DNA of 64,000 nt. Origin: Syncephalis fuscata S228. Lineage: Eukaryota > Fungi > Zoopagomycota. Numbering within the stretch: the stretch's first letter is position 1; the number at the start of each line of letters is the position of its first letter. Under the pieces are notes generated by a model, which saw only the letters and a list, made by a program, of their open reading frames with translations, had not been told where the DNA came from and searched no databases. This document shows, one piece after another, positions 26,633-39,197 of this stretch. Location of the stretch: the NCBI GenBank assembly GCA_025786725.1, contig JAHLTZ010000062.1, positions 9,556-73,555 of the forward strand, given 5' to 3'. Both the position numbers and the translations under genes were made by a program.

Positions 26633-27992
26633 AGTGAAGCAAGCAATTATCAACAAAATAAAGACGTGAAAGCAAAAGATTGTAATTGTTCAAGTCTAAC
26701 AAATATTACTATTTTATACCTCTCGATCTATAGCTACAAATAAACGTACAAACACACACACTTTCTTTACACTTGTAACACTTGCAACACTAGTTAGAAT
26801 GATATGGTTGTAACGTATAGTTATACTGAGAGTACAAAAAAGCCAACGAACTTATACGATGGCCTAGGAAAAGAGGAAACAAGAGCAGAACATGTTGATA
26901 AATACCGCGTAGTGTTAGAAGAAGCGATCAAGAATGGAAGGTGTAAATGTCGTTTACGTGTGTGTATGTATGTAGTTGTGTATGGATGTCATAGACAATG
27001 TATAAAATAAAATGAATAGTGGTAGTGATGGAAACGGCGTAGGATGATGTTCGTTACGTGGCCAACCTTTATAATTAACATATGTCAAAGTTATAATAGC
27101 ATTGTAATTGTAATAATAGTGTAATAATAATCAAGACCTAGATGGCCAACCTGGCAAGGTATCCATTTAAAGGAAAATGCCTATAGATGCCATTTAAAGA
27201 GTAGTAGTAGTGGTAGTAGTAGTGTAATTGTAGTGGTAGTAGTCATAGTAGCGCTTTTAACAAAAAAGTTCATTTAAAGCCAAAAAAGTCCAAGTAGGTG
27301 GAGAATGATTATTATAATACGCAACTGTGTATATACCATAAGTGTAGATTGATGCGTATATAGTAAAATAGCTATTGCAGAAGAAGAAGAAGAAGAAGAA
27401 GAAAAAGAAGAAGAGGGTATAGCAATGCTCGATGCATACATGCTACAAAAGAAACGACAACATCCGTCGGCCAGAGTGCACAAAAGGGCAGCTCCTCTAA
27501 AATGGCAGAGAAAAGAGGTAAGGTGTAAACTAGCAAAGATATAGACGATGATATAGAGTGCCGGCTCAGTATCGAATATTAATTCAAAAAGTGCTAGATA
27601 AATGAATAGATAAATGAATAGATAGATATTGTATGCATACATCTATCCATACAAAACTATCCATCAACTATCAAGGCTAGAAATGCATACGCAAACGAAA
27701 GGAAAGAAGAAAAGTGACAGCAACTAAAGAAAACCGACCAATACAGCCGGGTACAAAGAAAAGTGTATAGATAGATAGATAGATAGATGAATAAATGAAT
27801 AGAGAAGAAAGGGCAAGTAAAAGGCAATTGCCATAAACGAGAAAGCAAATAGTTAATAGGATTATTATAATATAAGGAACAGTATTATAATTATCATGAA
27901 ATAAAAGAATTATGAATGAACGAGTGAGCGAGTGATCAGTAGAATGTAGTGACATGTTATACTTTATCTAACAGATCACAAATAAATGAGAG

Positions 27993-28500
27993 CTAGTTGC
28001 CAGTTAGAAAGAGTGCACCTTGTGGGAAATGGGCCAGTGAGGATGATGTCAATGGCGAGGGCGTGGATACTACGGAGACGGCGGCGGCAGCGGCGGCGGC
28101 GGCAGCGGCGGCGGCAGCAGCAGCACGTTGCTTCTTGCCAGGACGTAGAGCCTTACGCATATGCGTACGATGATGTTGCTGTAGATTATCGCTACGGGCA
28201 AACATCTTACCGCAACCTGGTTCGGTACACGTAAATGGCTTTGAATCAGTATGGACGGAAGAGATGTGACGCTTTAGATGTTCACTACGCATAAAAGCGC
28301 GATGGCATTCAAGGCAGATCCATTCACGCTTCTTGTCGTCGCCACGTAGCATACGCTTGCCAATACGACCACTAGCCGTGGTAGAGTGGACGGCACGCTT
28401 CTTAAGTTGGGCATTACGGGCCACGACTGCTTGTTGTTCGGAAGAAGCCACTTCACCGATATTGGCAAATAAGTTGTTGGTTCGTTGGAACTGATGATGG

Positions 28501-28532
<32 letters not shown>

Positions 28533-29792
28533 GTGATGGTGATGGTGATGATGCTGTTGGTGGTGGTGTTCTTCCATTAAATCGTGAGGTGTACGTAGAC
28601 CTTGCACGCCCAAGTCAAATCCAGATACTTGTTGTGCTAGTATTTCATGATAATTATGAGAGTTTTGAACATGTTGTAAGAATACATCTTGATCATGTTG
28701 TTGTTGTTGCATCGTATGCAGACCAGATGCTGAATCGAAGCAAAACTCTACGGGGATTTGATGCGCACCTAGCAAATCATTAGCAGCTGCAGTGGCTGCA
28801 GCACTAGCGGCATTAGTAGCATCGAATACCGGAAATCCCGAATGATTTGATAAATCGCGTAGAACTGGCGTGCCAGGGGGTGGCAATTCAGTAAAGTGGC
28901 CGCTTTCGTAATAAGCAGAAAAAGCCGATACAAGCCTTGGTGATTGGTCGGCAATGTTAAGACCACGGCTTAGATCCTCGGCTGTACGTTCAATCTCCAT
29001 CTCGCGAGTATTATCGGCCAGCAAGTAATTATGGTGTTGGGGCATAATTGGGCAGGGAATTACTTCTTTGGGATCAATAAATGGTGCTGTTGACATCATA
29101 TCGGCTGCGGTAAATCCACTGGTCACGGTGGGGATCATTGATCGTGGATAATGTGAAAGATCAACTGACGTGCCAAAATTCATAAATAATGGCATATCAT
29201 TTGCAGCGGCAACAACAGCAGCAGTGGTGGCAGCCGTTGCTGCTGTGGCATTATTCATGCTATGACCGGTAACATCAGCCGATGAGGTCATCATAGCGGC
29301 AGCGGCAGCCGCGGCCGCAGCAGCCGCCGCATTTACTGGATTGGCAGCAGGCGGGAGGGGCGAGCAATTAGCCAGCACTTCTATGGCCTCAGAGACATTA
29401 ACGGGCATAGTAGACCAGTAATTGCTAATAGGCGTATTAATTGTATCTTGCGGTTCATTCTCTCCCGTAACCGAAGCAATTTGGCGCCAGCAAGAATCGT
29501 CAAGACGGATAACCGTAGGATCTAGTAGCTCAGAGAAGCCGATACGGGTTGGTGTGGGGGGCATTGAGCTCTCGGAGGCCGAACAGCTATCCTCGCACAC
29601 CGAGGCCAGTGTGTTGGCCGGTGAAGTGCCGAATAATTCGGCGGTGGTCAGGCCATTCATATTGTTGCACTCTTTTTTAATTTCTAGTCCAAGACTCGAT
29701 AGTTTAAGCACAGCTTCGGGCTCCATTGGTTCGGTTTTTAGCATTTGACTAACAGTCTGCATCGAAAGTGTACTATCCATAAGATGTGCCAT
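27993..29792 (-). CDS. C2H2 zinc-finger transcription factor, Msn2/Msn4/Seb1-like, with poly-A/Q/H tracts
   Basis: Two C-terminal fingers CLECHRAFMRSEHLKRHISSVH and CTEPGCGKMFARSDNLQQHHRTH. Confidence 0.88.
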
Positions 29793-31629
29793 ATCAAAAA
29801 CGTCTAAATAAGTTTTGAATAGCTTGAAGGTATGGTGCTTTGGCTATAGCGACTGTATAGCAGTAGTAAGTGTTGGCAAGTGTAAGTGTAAGTACTGCTT
29901 TGATAATGGCAGTGACAGTAAATTCTATAAGTGCTTCCAAGAAATAAAACGACTATAGACGGGTCGTTGACAGTCAAAACTTGATGCTGTAGTGTTTGTA
30001 GTGGTGGTTGTAGTGTAGTAGTTGTAGCAGTGTTGTTAAGATCAGAGCGCCCAGTGTGTAACTCAATATAGACAGTGACAATAAGTTCAATCTAAAAAAA
30101 GCAACCCAGTAAACAATAGGTTGACGCGTTAGTGACGTGGTATTTTTTTGTATTTTGGACTCTAATAACCACTCGCTTTAAACAAGAGCTATAAAACAAT
30201 GGTGAAAATAGAAAGTGTAGATTTTTCACAATTCCGGAATATCAAGAACAAATTTGTTTAGTCGATAGAATGTGCGAAAACAGGTTGCGTAAGTTCAAGA
30301 AATATCAATCTTTGATGCACGTGGCAAACCAGGCGCTAGCAGGCAAAGGAGGCAATTACAGCAAGTTAGGGAGAATCACGCAGTAAGTGACAGAGGAGCG
30401 ACGGTGGCGATGATGGATGAAAACAAACAATAAAGAATAGAAGACAAACGATAGGCAATAGCTGTAGAAGAATAGAAGGAACGATAGAAGCAAAAACACA
30501 CACAGAGATAGAAGAAAGTGCCTGACAGAGAGGAGTGAAGTAGAGAGAGAGGGTAGAGTAGAGCAGAGAGTAGAGAGAGCGTAAGCAAGCGGGGTTAGGC
30601 CCAATGTACAAGGTGAGTGTAGGCGTATAACGTGTGATTTAATGGATAAACATAATACAAGAAGCAGAAGTGAAATTGCCGTACACGTGCGTACGCGCCA
30701 ATGCAGCTGGTCGATGCCGCTCATGAGGTTAGTGCCATTGCTGAGAATAATCACAGCCATGCCACTAATAGCAATGGCCGCAGCAGCAACGATAGATCTA
30801 CGCGACGTCAATAGTTCAAAAGGGGAGACATGGCCATAAGAGCACGGCAAAACTATTTAGTCAATAGCTAGCACACCTTCATGGCAACAATGTTTGTAAA
30901 ATCAATGATAAACTTTGTGTGTCAATAATGATGACACTAATGAAAACTACGATAATGGTAATATTAATACTAATTATAGTAAAAATAGTAATATCAATGA
31001 ACTCCGATGTTATAATTAATAGTCATTTATCATTAGCATTATAATCGCCATTGTATCATTGTACTATTACATTATTGAATATTATTATTGCCAACTTTAT
31101 AAACCACACAAATCATTTGATTCACTATCTATTTGTAATCCTTACATCATTACACACACACACTTATAATTATAAAATGTAAAGCCACTCAATAGCCGTT
31201 ATCACAATAAAGATCGAAATCACACGTGTTAACACAACAGCACGTAAATAGAGAAGATCAAGGTGAAGCAACAATGACGATACAGCTGGCATGAAATGGG
31301 AAAGAGCGTTTGCGCAGATCATCGCCCCGGCATTTGCGTGCAGGCATGGCCTATGAAGGCGTGGAGGCACACCCACCCACCCACGCGGTCTACTCATACA
31401 GATGCATGTATGACTGGACAATAAAACAAAAATTTAACCTACGACCACAATTTAGGATGGTCAGCGATTGGACGAGGTAAGGAAGGCGCGCGCGTACGCG
31501 TTGAACATGACGGTGGCAGTGCGTTTGTTGTTTGACAACAGTATCTGCATGCAGTAACAAAAATCATGTGCCCAACAAATGAATTGATGTGGGAGTCTGC
31601 GCATGAGCCTCCTTTGCTGCACGCGGGTA

Positions 31630-31669
31630 TCAAATGTTCAATGTTCAAATGTTCAAATGTTCAAATGTT
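31630..31669. repeat. Short tandem repeat (TCAAATGT)~5
   Basis: tcaaatgttcaatgttcaaatgttcaaatgttcaaatgtt. Confidence 0.8.
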
Positions 31670-34600
31670 GTGGTGGTGTGGTGTGGTGTGTGGAATCAAT
31701 GGCCATAATGGGCATGGCAGCAGTAACAGCCACCACATCCCAAAATAGGCGAGTGATGCAACTCAATGTGTCGATGTGTGTATGTGTATTTGTATACCCC
31801 ACACCTTGGGTAGATGAATAAAATGATCAGAATGACTGCTACTTACCCAGAATTCGGTTACTATACGCAGCAGCCAATATATCTATCTATATATTTGCCA
31901 ATGGAACCTTGCCGATGCAAATAGGCAATATCGGTGTTGTTGATAGAGTAGTTCTGGTGGACTGTATGGTTGGCTGGTAATGGCTATGGTAGATGTGCAA
32001 GCTAGACGTAAAAAGATGTACACTGATGTGAGTATTTGGCAATAGATTGGTAAGGAAATGCGCAAAGCGATTGCAGTTGATTTCAAATGACTTTCGAGAT
32101 CGGCGGCTCAATGGAAGCAGCAGCAACAACAATCAATTACTAGTCCTGTAGTGCAGCAGGTATGCAATGATTTGTTCGTTGTCTACTCAAACTACACGAA
32201 CAAGCGACACAGTAAAGGGCAAATAGGCCAATTTGAATAAAGAATAAAGATGATAGTAATAATAGAATAGAATAGATCAGGCCCGCAAAGGCGTAATGTC
32301 TTGATGGAAGACAAAAAGAAAACGCAATAGATAATAATGCGACGAAATTACCAATGACAACCGGTAATAGTACTGCCGAGAATAATATACCGCTAAAAGG
32401 GGATTTATAAATAGCTATGAACAATAGCATAAATAAACAAATAAACCAATGAACTGTGCACGCCAAGATAAAGAAAATATAGTAAAGAAAGAGCAAAGAG
32501 CAGAATAATGAGTAATTCAGAATCGAGATCAATAAGGCTAATAATAGTAATTGTAACAGTAATAGTAATTGTAGCAGTAATAATGATTCCGATGTTGTAC
32601 AAAAATGTATTCAAAGAATCAAGATAAAAAAAAGCGCAAATTACTGTTTTTAAATGTTTAAAACTTACAATAAGCATATATAGCCCGTATACGAAGCAAT
32701 ATCACCGTCAATAGCAGATATGAGTACGCTTTGGTGTGCTTGTGCTTGTGTGTTATGTGTGTTGTTATAGATAATAGAAGATAAAGATGATAGAATGAAG
32801 ATGATGGTAATGGGTGGATAATGGTGATTTGTATGTTCGACAAGTTAACAAGAAATAAGCAAAAGAAATAGCAAAACAAGTAGCGCAATGTTAAGAAGAG
32901 AACATTCAAATGAAGCTGTGTAGAATTGCAATGTCGATCATGATGGCTGCGGCCAAGCGCTCGCAAGTGAGGTAAGGGGCTTTTATATTAAATTGAGAAT
33001 AATAATTCGACTATCAGAAGGCAGAAAGACAGAGGCAGAGAGAAAGAGAGAGAGAGCAGTGAATATGCACTACGACGACAACGATAACCGCCGGGATAAT
33101 GACGGCAACTATTATTAGTACACGTATGCTATCTACCGACCAAACAATAATAAGCCGAGCAATACAAGATCAAGGCTATTGCTACTACCACTACAGTTAA
33201 ATTGATAAAGGTAGAGGCAGAGGTAAGAGAGAAATAGAGAATTAGAGAGAGAGAGAAAAACACCTGCAGGTTCTACGTGCAGCACAACTAGAAAATGATA
33301 ATAGTTATCATGCAAGCAATAACAACAACAAAAACAACAACAAAAACGCTATCACAACTAAATAATGCCAATGCTTATTATAATTATCATTGTTATTATT
33401 GTTATATTATTATTATTATTATTATTGAAGCTATTATTATTCGCTATCATTGCTATGATAATTATCGTAACTGCTTTGTTGTGATTGTTGTCGTTAGTCA
33501 TACTGTGTGCATGTGCGCATTGTGGTCTGTTCCGCAACGTCATTGCCCTTGTGCGCGACTGCGTTGCAATTATCGCCGATGGCCCGGTGTTCGGAAAAGT
33601 GCACGATACTGTCAGGAGGTGCTCGTGCAAATTATGTATGTGTATGTAGATGTTTGGAAACGTTAGATGCATCTTTTCTGATGTAGTCGACGTGCACGCG
33701 TATCGGCAACATTTGAAAGCAGCAAGCAAGCAAGTGAAAGAGAGCGAGATTAAGTGAGTGAGAAAAACCAGGAGTGTGTACGCACGCACGCGCGCATGCG
33801 CAAACCAACTATATCATTGCTATCATTTCTACCGATGCATGTTGATGCAACTCGGTTCAACTATACTGCAACAAAACAATACTATTTTTGTTTGCTATAG
33901 AGAGGAGATAGTAAAAGAGAGAGAGAGTGTGTGTATGTATTTACCCCCACGCATCGACGCACGTATAATCCCACTCATGTACCTTCTCCTCGATGCAATG
34001 CTAGGAATCTATGCAATTCAATGTCTACTAGGCTTGGGCATGTCAAATACCAATACTGAATGATGATACTGCTACCAATCAAAACTGCCATTATCGTTAT
34101 CGCAATCAATGTACCAACCTTGTGCGTAGAGTAAAGCACACTTGCCGTGTTAACTAACGCAATAGCTAAAAAGAAGGTATCGATGCGTATTCTCCTTTTT
34201 TTCCCACCTTCTTTCTCTTCCTGCAGCGTACTACAAACGATGGAAATTAGGTCAGCCAAGTCTTAACGCAATAAAAGCTACGTGAATGAAATGCATTTTA
34301 AAGGGGCACCACGTTCACTTTTGCATATCAATTTTCCCCTTTTCTCCTACGCGTGTAATCTTTCTCTCACCTTGCTGATGCGTGGCAATAGTAGGAGACG
34401 ATAGCGGCCATGCTATACACCTTCTAAAGCCGTACGCATCTCTATTCAACATGCGATGTTAAACGTCATAGCGGTGTTGTTGTTAACGTGGAATATGCAT
34501 ATTTGCTACCGATTGGTTACTAGATAAAATTAATTGTTAATCCAACGCCAAGCTTGCAAATACCTGTATCTTGGTAGTTTGAATCTATTTCTATCTAAAA

Positions 34601-37600
34601 ATAAATATCTTATTAAGCATCTATATATATCTATATATAACTATGTAACTCTATGGTGATACAAGTAATGGCCAGATAGTTATGTTTACATAGAAACACA
34701 TTTTGTCATTCATTCTGGTAGTGGTCACGACATATGTAAAATATCATTATTATTATTCATAAACCAGTGCTAATTATTTACAATAGATTCAAATAAGCAG
34801 TAATGAGATTGTTTTATTTATACGCATAATATTTATTAGGTTAATCACTTGCTTTATATATTTGAGAAGTATTGTATTAATAGGTATAGTAATAAATGGT
34901 ACGTACTTGTAGTTAAAATTACAATTCAAATGTTTTATCAATTATTTACAAAATATTAGCAACCAACTTAATATACAATGAATTGTTTATTGTAAGAATA
35001 GAAAATACGGACTTATTACTATAGTAGTTTAATATAATGTCACAACAAAATAGTATTTTATAAATTTATAACAACTGATGTACCAAATTACCTACAGTTT
35101 ACTTAGTAAAATAAAAAGGGGGATAATGGTCAATCGTTTCCATGCCTCTATTCTATTGGTTCCCCTTTTGTGACAATAACAACAATCATTATTGTAGTGT
35201 TTTTAAACACATGCTTTATTGCACACTATTGTAATACAAACTTACAGTTAATTTCAAATACAACTAACAAATATATTTTATTTAATTGTTAATTAGTGTT
35301 TATTCTAGTGTTAATAGAACCAAAGCTACTACGTTGTCTACCTAATCTAGCTAGACAAGTTTTGATCCAAGAATGGGATGCTCGGGACAATCCGGAATCA
35401 GGCTGGTCAGGTGATCATCCAAACGCCATTTCCAGCATCATTGACGTGTTCTATAGGCATAGGTAAGTACAATGGACATTGAAAAGTGCTTTGCAGGTAT
35501 GTCATTGGTATTACAGCAATAGTTACAATTTGACACGAGACATTTACACAGTTAACATCAATGAATCAATGGGAATAGATAATGGGTGTTATAACAATAA
35601 CAGTGATGGCAGCAACAATAACAGTAGCAACAATAAGGTGAGCCGCATGGCAGTCAAGGTGATACTAACCAGTGACTGCTCCACCTATGACCAGTCACAT
35701 TTCTTCATTATACTCACATTTACACTTGTGCACTCTATAAGCACAAGTCTAGTGTGCTTTAGTATGGTGTTAAACAAATAAAAATTATAAAAGAAGGATA
35801 TGCCAAGGAGTGAGTGCAATGTAATGAGTATGTATGTATGTGTGTGTGTATTGCCATACAAGTTTGGGTCATACAATTGTTTCATCAACACAACCATCAA
35901 GAATGCCATTCATTTGATTGGCATAACTGCATGCACAAACAATAGATCTTTAAAAACAAATAGCCCTTTTATCAATAAACATAAACTATTTATAAATTAA
36001 ATAACACATTGTTAAAGATTAAACTAGTTGATCGACACGTGACAATACTGTTATAACTGACAGACATTATAATCAGTGTCACTACCACTATCATTGGTTA
36101 TGGCTGTCTATCGACGATAATCAAAGCTATGGCTATGATAATCACCCCTTCTGCCATTGTCTACATGTGGTTTTATGTACGGTTAAATGAATGGACGAAT
36201 GGATTTACGGAACAACAGCAGCCGCATCTATCCAAAAGGCCTATGCTACACTACATCTAAACCCAATAGTGTCTAAATATCTTGGCACAGAAAAGGTGGC
36301 CATAATGACATCATGAATCGGTTTGTTAGAACAACACTTTTTACTCGATTGTAGGTGCTAAAAGACATCAACAATAGCCAAAATTAGTGGCCATTGTCAC
36401 TGCAAAGTCATTTTGTTAAACAATACACGCGTTATTATCCTTTTGAAGTGATTGCAGCCACGTGTTTAAAGTAAGGAGGAAAGAGGAAGAGGAGGAGGAG
36501 AAAGAGGATTTGTTATGCAACGCCAAGAATAGCCGACCGATAAGCAATGGTTGTCCCAAAGTAGATTCACCGAGCAAAGAGTAGAGCAAAGCAATAAACA
36601 ACAATGACGATCTACAGCATCCGACACTAGAAGTACGCCATGCCAATGCCACTCGCCAATAACATTAGTCACTTGCCTACTATCTTTCTATTAGTAATAA
36701 TTAGTAGTATTTGACCATCATTTGTTAATCCATCCTATATCGTCATTCATTACTATTATGATGAATAATCCATTGTTTTGTTCATCGGTTTTAATTCATT
36801 AACAATACGCAATAGTTGTATCAATTCTATTAATAAGCATCTTGTTTATTACTGTTATGGATTTGTTCAATTTTTTACCTTTAGTCTAGTAAATACCACA
36901 TATTTCAACATGCCATTATCATCGTCATTATCAATGGCATCACCTGGACACCAGCTGACACATCAACTCCGTTCCTTCACATTGCACACACACGCACACA
37001 AAAACGAATTACGCTGTTGTTCTCTCAATTTCTACTTTCATCCACACACACACACAATGCACACAAATACTCACACTTACTCACATTCATCAGTCCCCCA
37101 AAATAGTTAACTATTTAAAGCCATCATTTATCTTGACCGGTCTGGGGAGTGGTCACAATTCTTTCTCTTTCTTTCTCGTTTACTTGCCGCTGTTGTTTCG
37201 CTTTCACTCTACCACTACCAGTCACTACTGCACCACCACTTTACTACTACCACCACTACTTTCACTTCACTACCACGTTCTCATCGGTTTACTGCAGATA
37301 GCAATCATAACAATAGTAACAGCTCTGTTCTTTTTGTTATTTGTTTGCTATATCCTCTAGCTACTGCTAACTAACCGCCAATTGACTATAACCAACCAAC
37401 CAACCTTCATCTTGCCTTCATCCTTTTGCCAAAACCTTTCGGTTGACTCGGCCTGTATTCGTGCGGTATCACAACTATTGTACGTCCATAGGCTCTCGTT
37501 CTATTTGCATACTACTCTTGTGATTGTTTCACACGTCTACACACATATATATATACATTTACCTGTCTCCTTTTTACTCGCAATAACCATAGCAATAGCT

Positions 37601-37783
37601 GCAATAGTATTATTGTTTTCGTTACTTAGCAGCAACAGCAACAACAACACCACCAGTAGCATCTCTCGTTCAAACTTTCATTCTCTCTTCGCTCGTATTA
37701 TCGCCACGTCTTTTTTGTGCTGAAACTACTTTCACACACACACACACACCTCTCTCTCCAATCTATACACATCAACGTTCATC

Positions 37784-38646
37784 ATGCAAATCTTTGTCAA
37801 GACACTTACGGGAAAGACAATCACCTTGACGTAGAGTCCTCGGATACCATTGACGCCGTCAAACAAAAGATCCAGGACAAGGAGGGCATCCCACCCGATC
37901 AACAACGTCTTATCTTTGCCGGAAAGCAGCTTGAAGATGGCCGTACACTATCCGACTATAATATTCAAAAGGAATCGACACTGCATTTGGTATTGCGTTT
38001 GCGCGGTGGCATGCGGGTAAGCATCCAGACATTGGCCCATGGCATGGTCACTCTAGAACTGGATGCAGCCGATACTATTGCCGCAGTTAAGCAAAAGTTG
38101 ATTGCTGCACTTGGCGGTCGAACGGCCTCGTCCTCATCGTCTTCATCAACATCACCCGTCATGAATGATGTACAGCAGCAGCCAACAACAACAACAACAG
38201 CAATACCACCATCTTCTATTCACTAGTCAAGGCCACCCAATGTCCGAGGACAATAGAACATTGGCCGATTATGGCGTGAAAGAAGGTAGCGAACTGTCCT
38301 TTGGTCCATCTACAGATGCTACAACAGCTGCGGCAATAGCTTCGGCTATGGCCACCGATGGCGCGGCAATAGCTAATAAGCAGCAGGCAGATGCATCGCT
38401 TGTAGCATCGGCTACTGCTCGTGCTTCACCGGCCAAGCGACGTACCGGTCGTTGTCACTTTGGCGATTGTACGGACCGTGTTGTCAAGATTGTTGGCGAC
38501 TGCCGCTACTGTCAGAAGCGATTCTGTGGCCGTCATCGCCTTCCAGAAGCACATATCTGTGCCAATTTGACGACTTGTCAACAGGCCTCGTTTGAACGAA
38601 ATGCGGGAAATTGCTCCAAGAGAAATGTGTAGCCAGCAAGGTTTAA
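37784..38646 (+). CDS. Ubiquitin - divergent UBL - AN1 zinc-finger fusion protein (three apparent 1-nt indels)
   Basis: [23 protein letters not shown]; second [34 protein letters not shown]; AN1 [26 protein letters not shown]. Confidence 0.88.
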
Positions 38647-39197
38647 CTCTGTTGATGCCGGTTGGCCTTTCTGCCTGTATGCATACTGCGTGCATATATA
38701 CAGAGCTTTCCTTTTCTTTATCCTCTTGCTCTTCCATCATTATTTTAGCCCGTGCAGTTTACTAGTTGCACGTGCCTTAACTTTGCTATTTCCGTAGTAT
38801 GTTGTTGTCGTGCTATTATTGTTGTTGTTGTTGTTGCCATTACCGCTGTATGGTCTACACGCTGTACCAACGATGGTGATGGCACTCCCTCTCCGGTCTT
38901 TACACTCTTTTACGTACATCGTCGTCACACTTTTATGCACACCAACGCAACATTTGCAACATGCATATATGCGGGCACATACACGCATATACTGCCGGCC
39001 CGTCGATACAGCATACAAATGACTTGCGCACGTCTTTTCTATTTTATGTACAATATACCGATGAGGATTGCCCTACATATATACATGTGTCATTTTAATT
39101 GCTATTAATGTTGTTTATTATAGTAGTGTTTGTATTAGTATATTATTTCAATACTATCCAATGTCAATGAATAGCTATTGTGTATTGCATGGTGTTC

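Noticed and set aside
25339-29792. Calcineurin B next to a C2H2 factor as a CNB1-Crz1 cluster
   Set aside because: The finger sequences are Msn2/4-type (RSEHLKRH, RSDNL), and I saw no clear PxIxIT motif
10502-29792. Signalling gene cluster (Kv, Ste50, MUN, septin, CNB1, TF)
   Set aside because: No shared pathway or motif evidence; adjacency in a compact genome is probably chance without synteny data
30356-37723. Many short hydrophobic ORFs in the track
   Set aside because: They derive from microsatellite and AT-rich low-complexity sequence; no motifs or consistent exon structure
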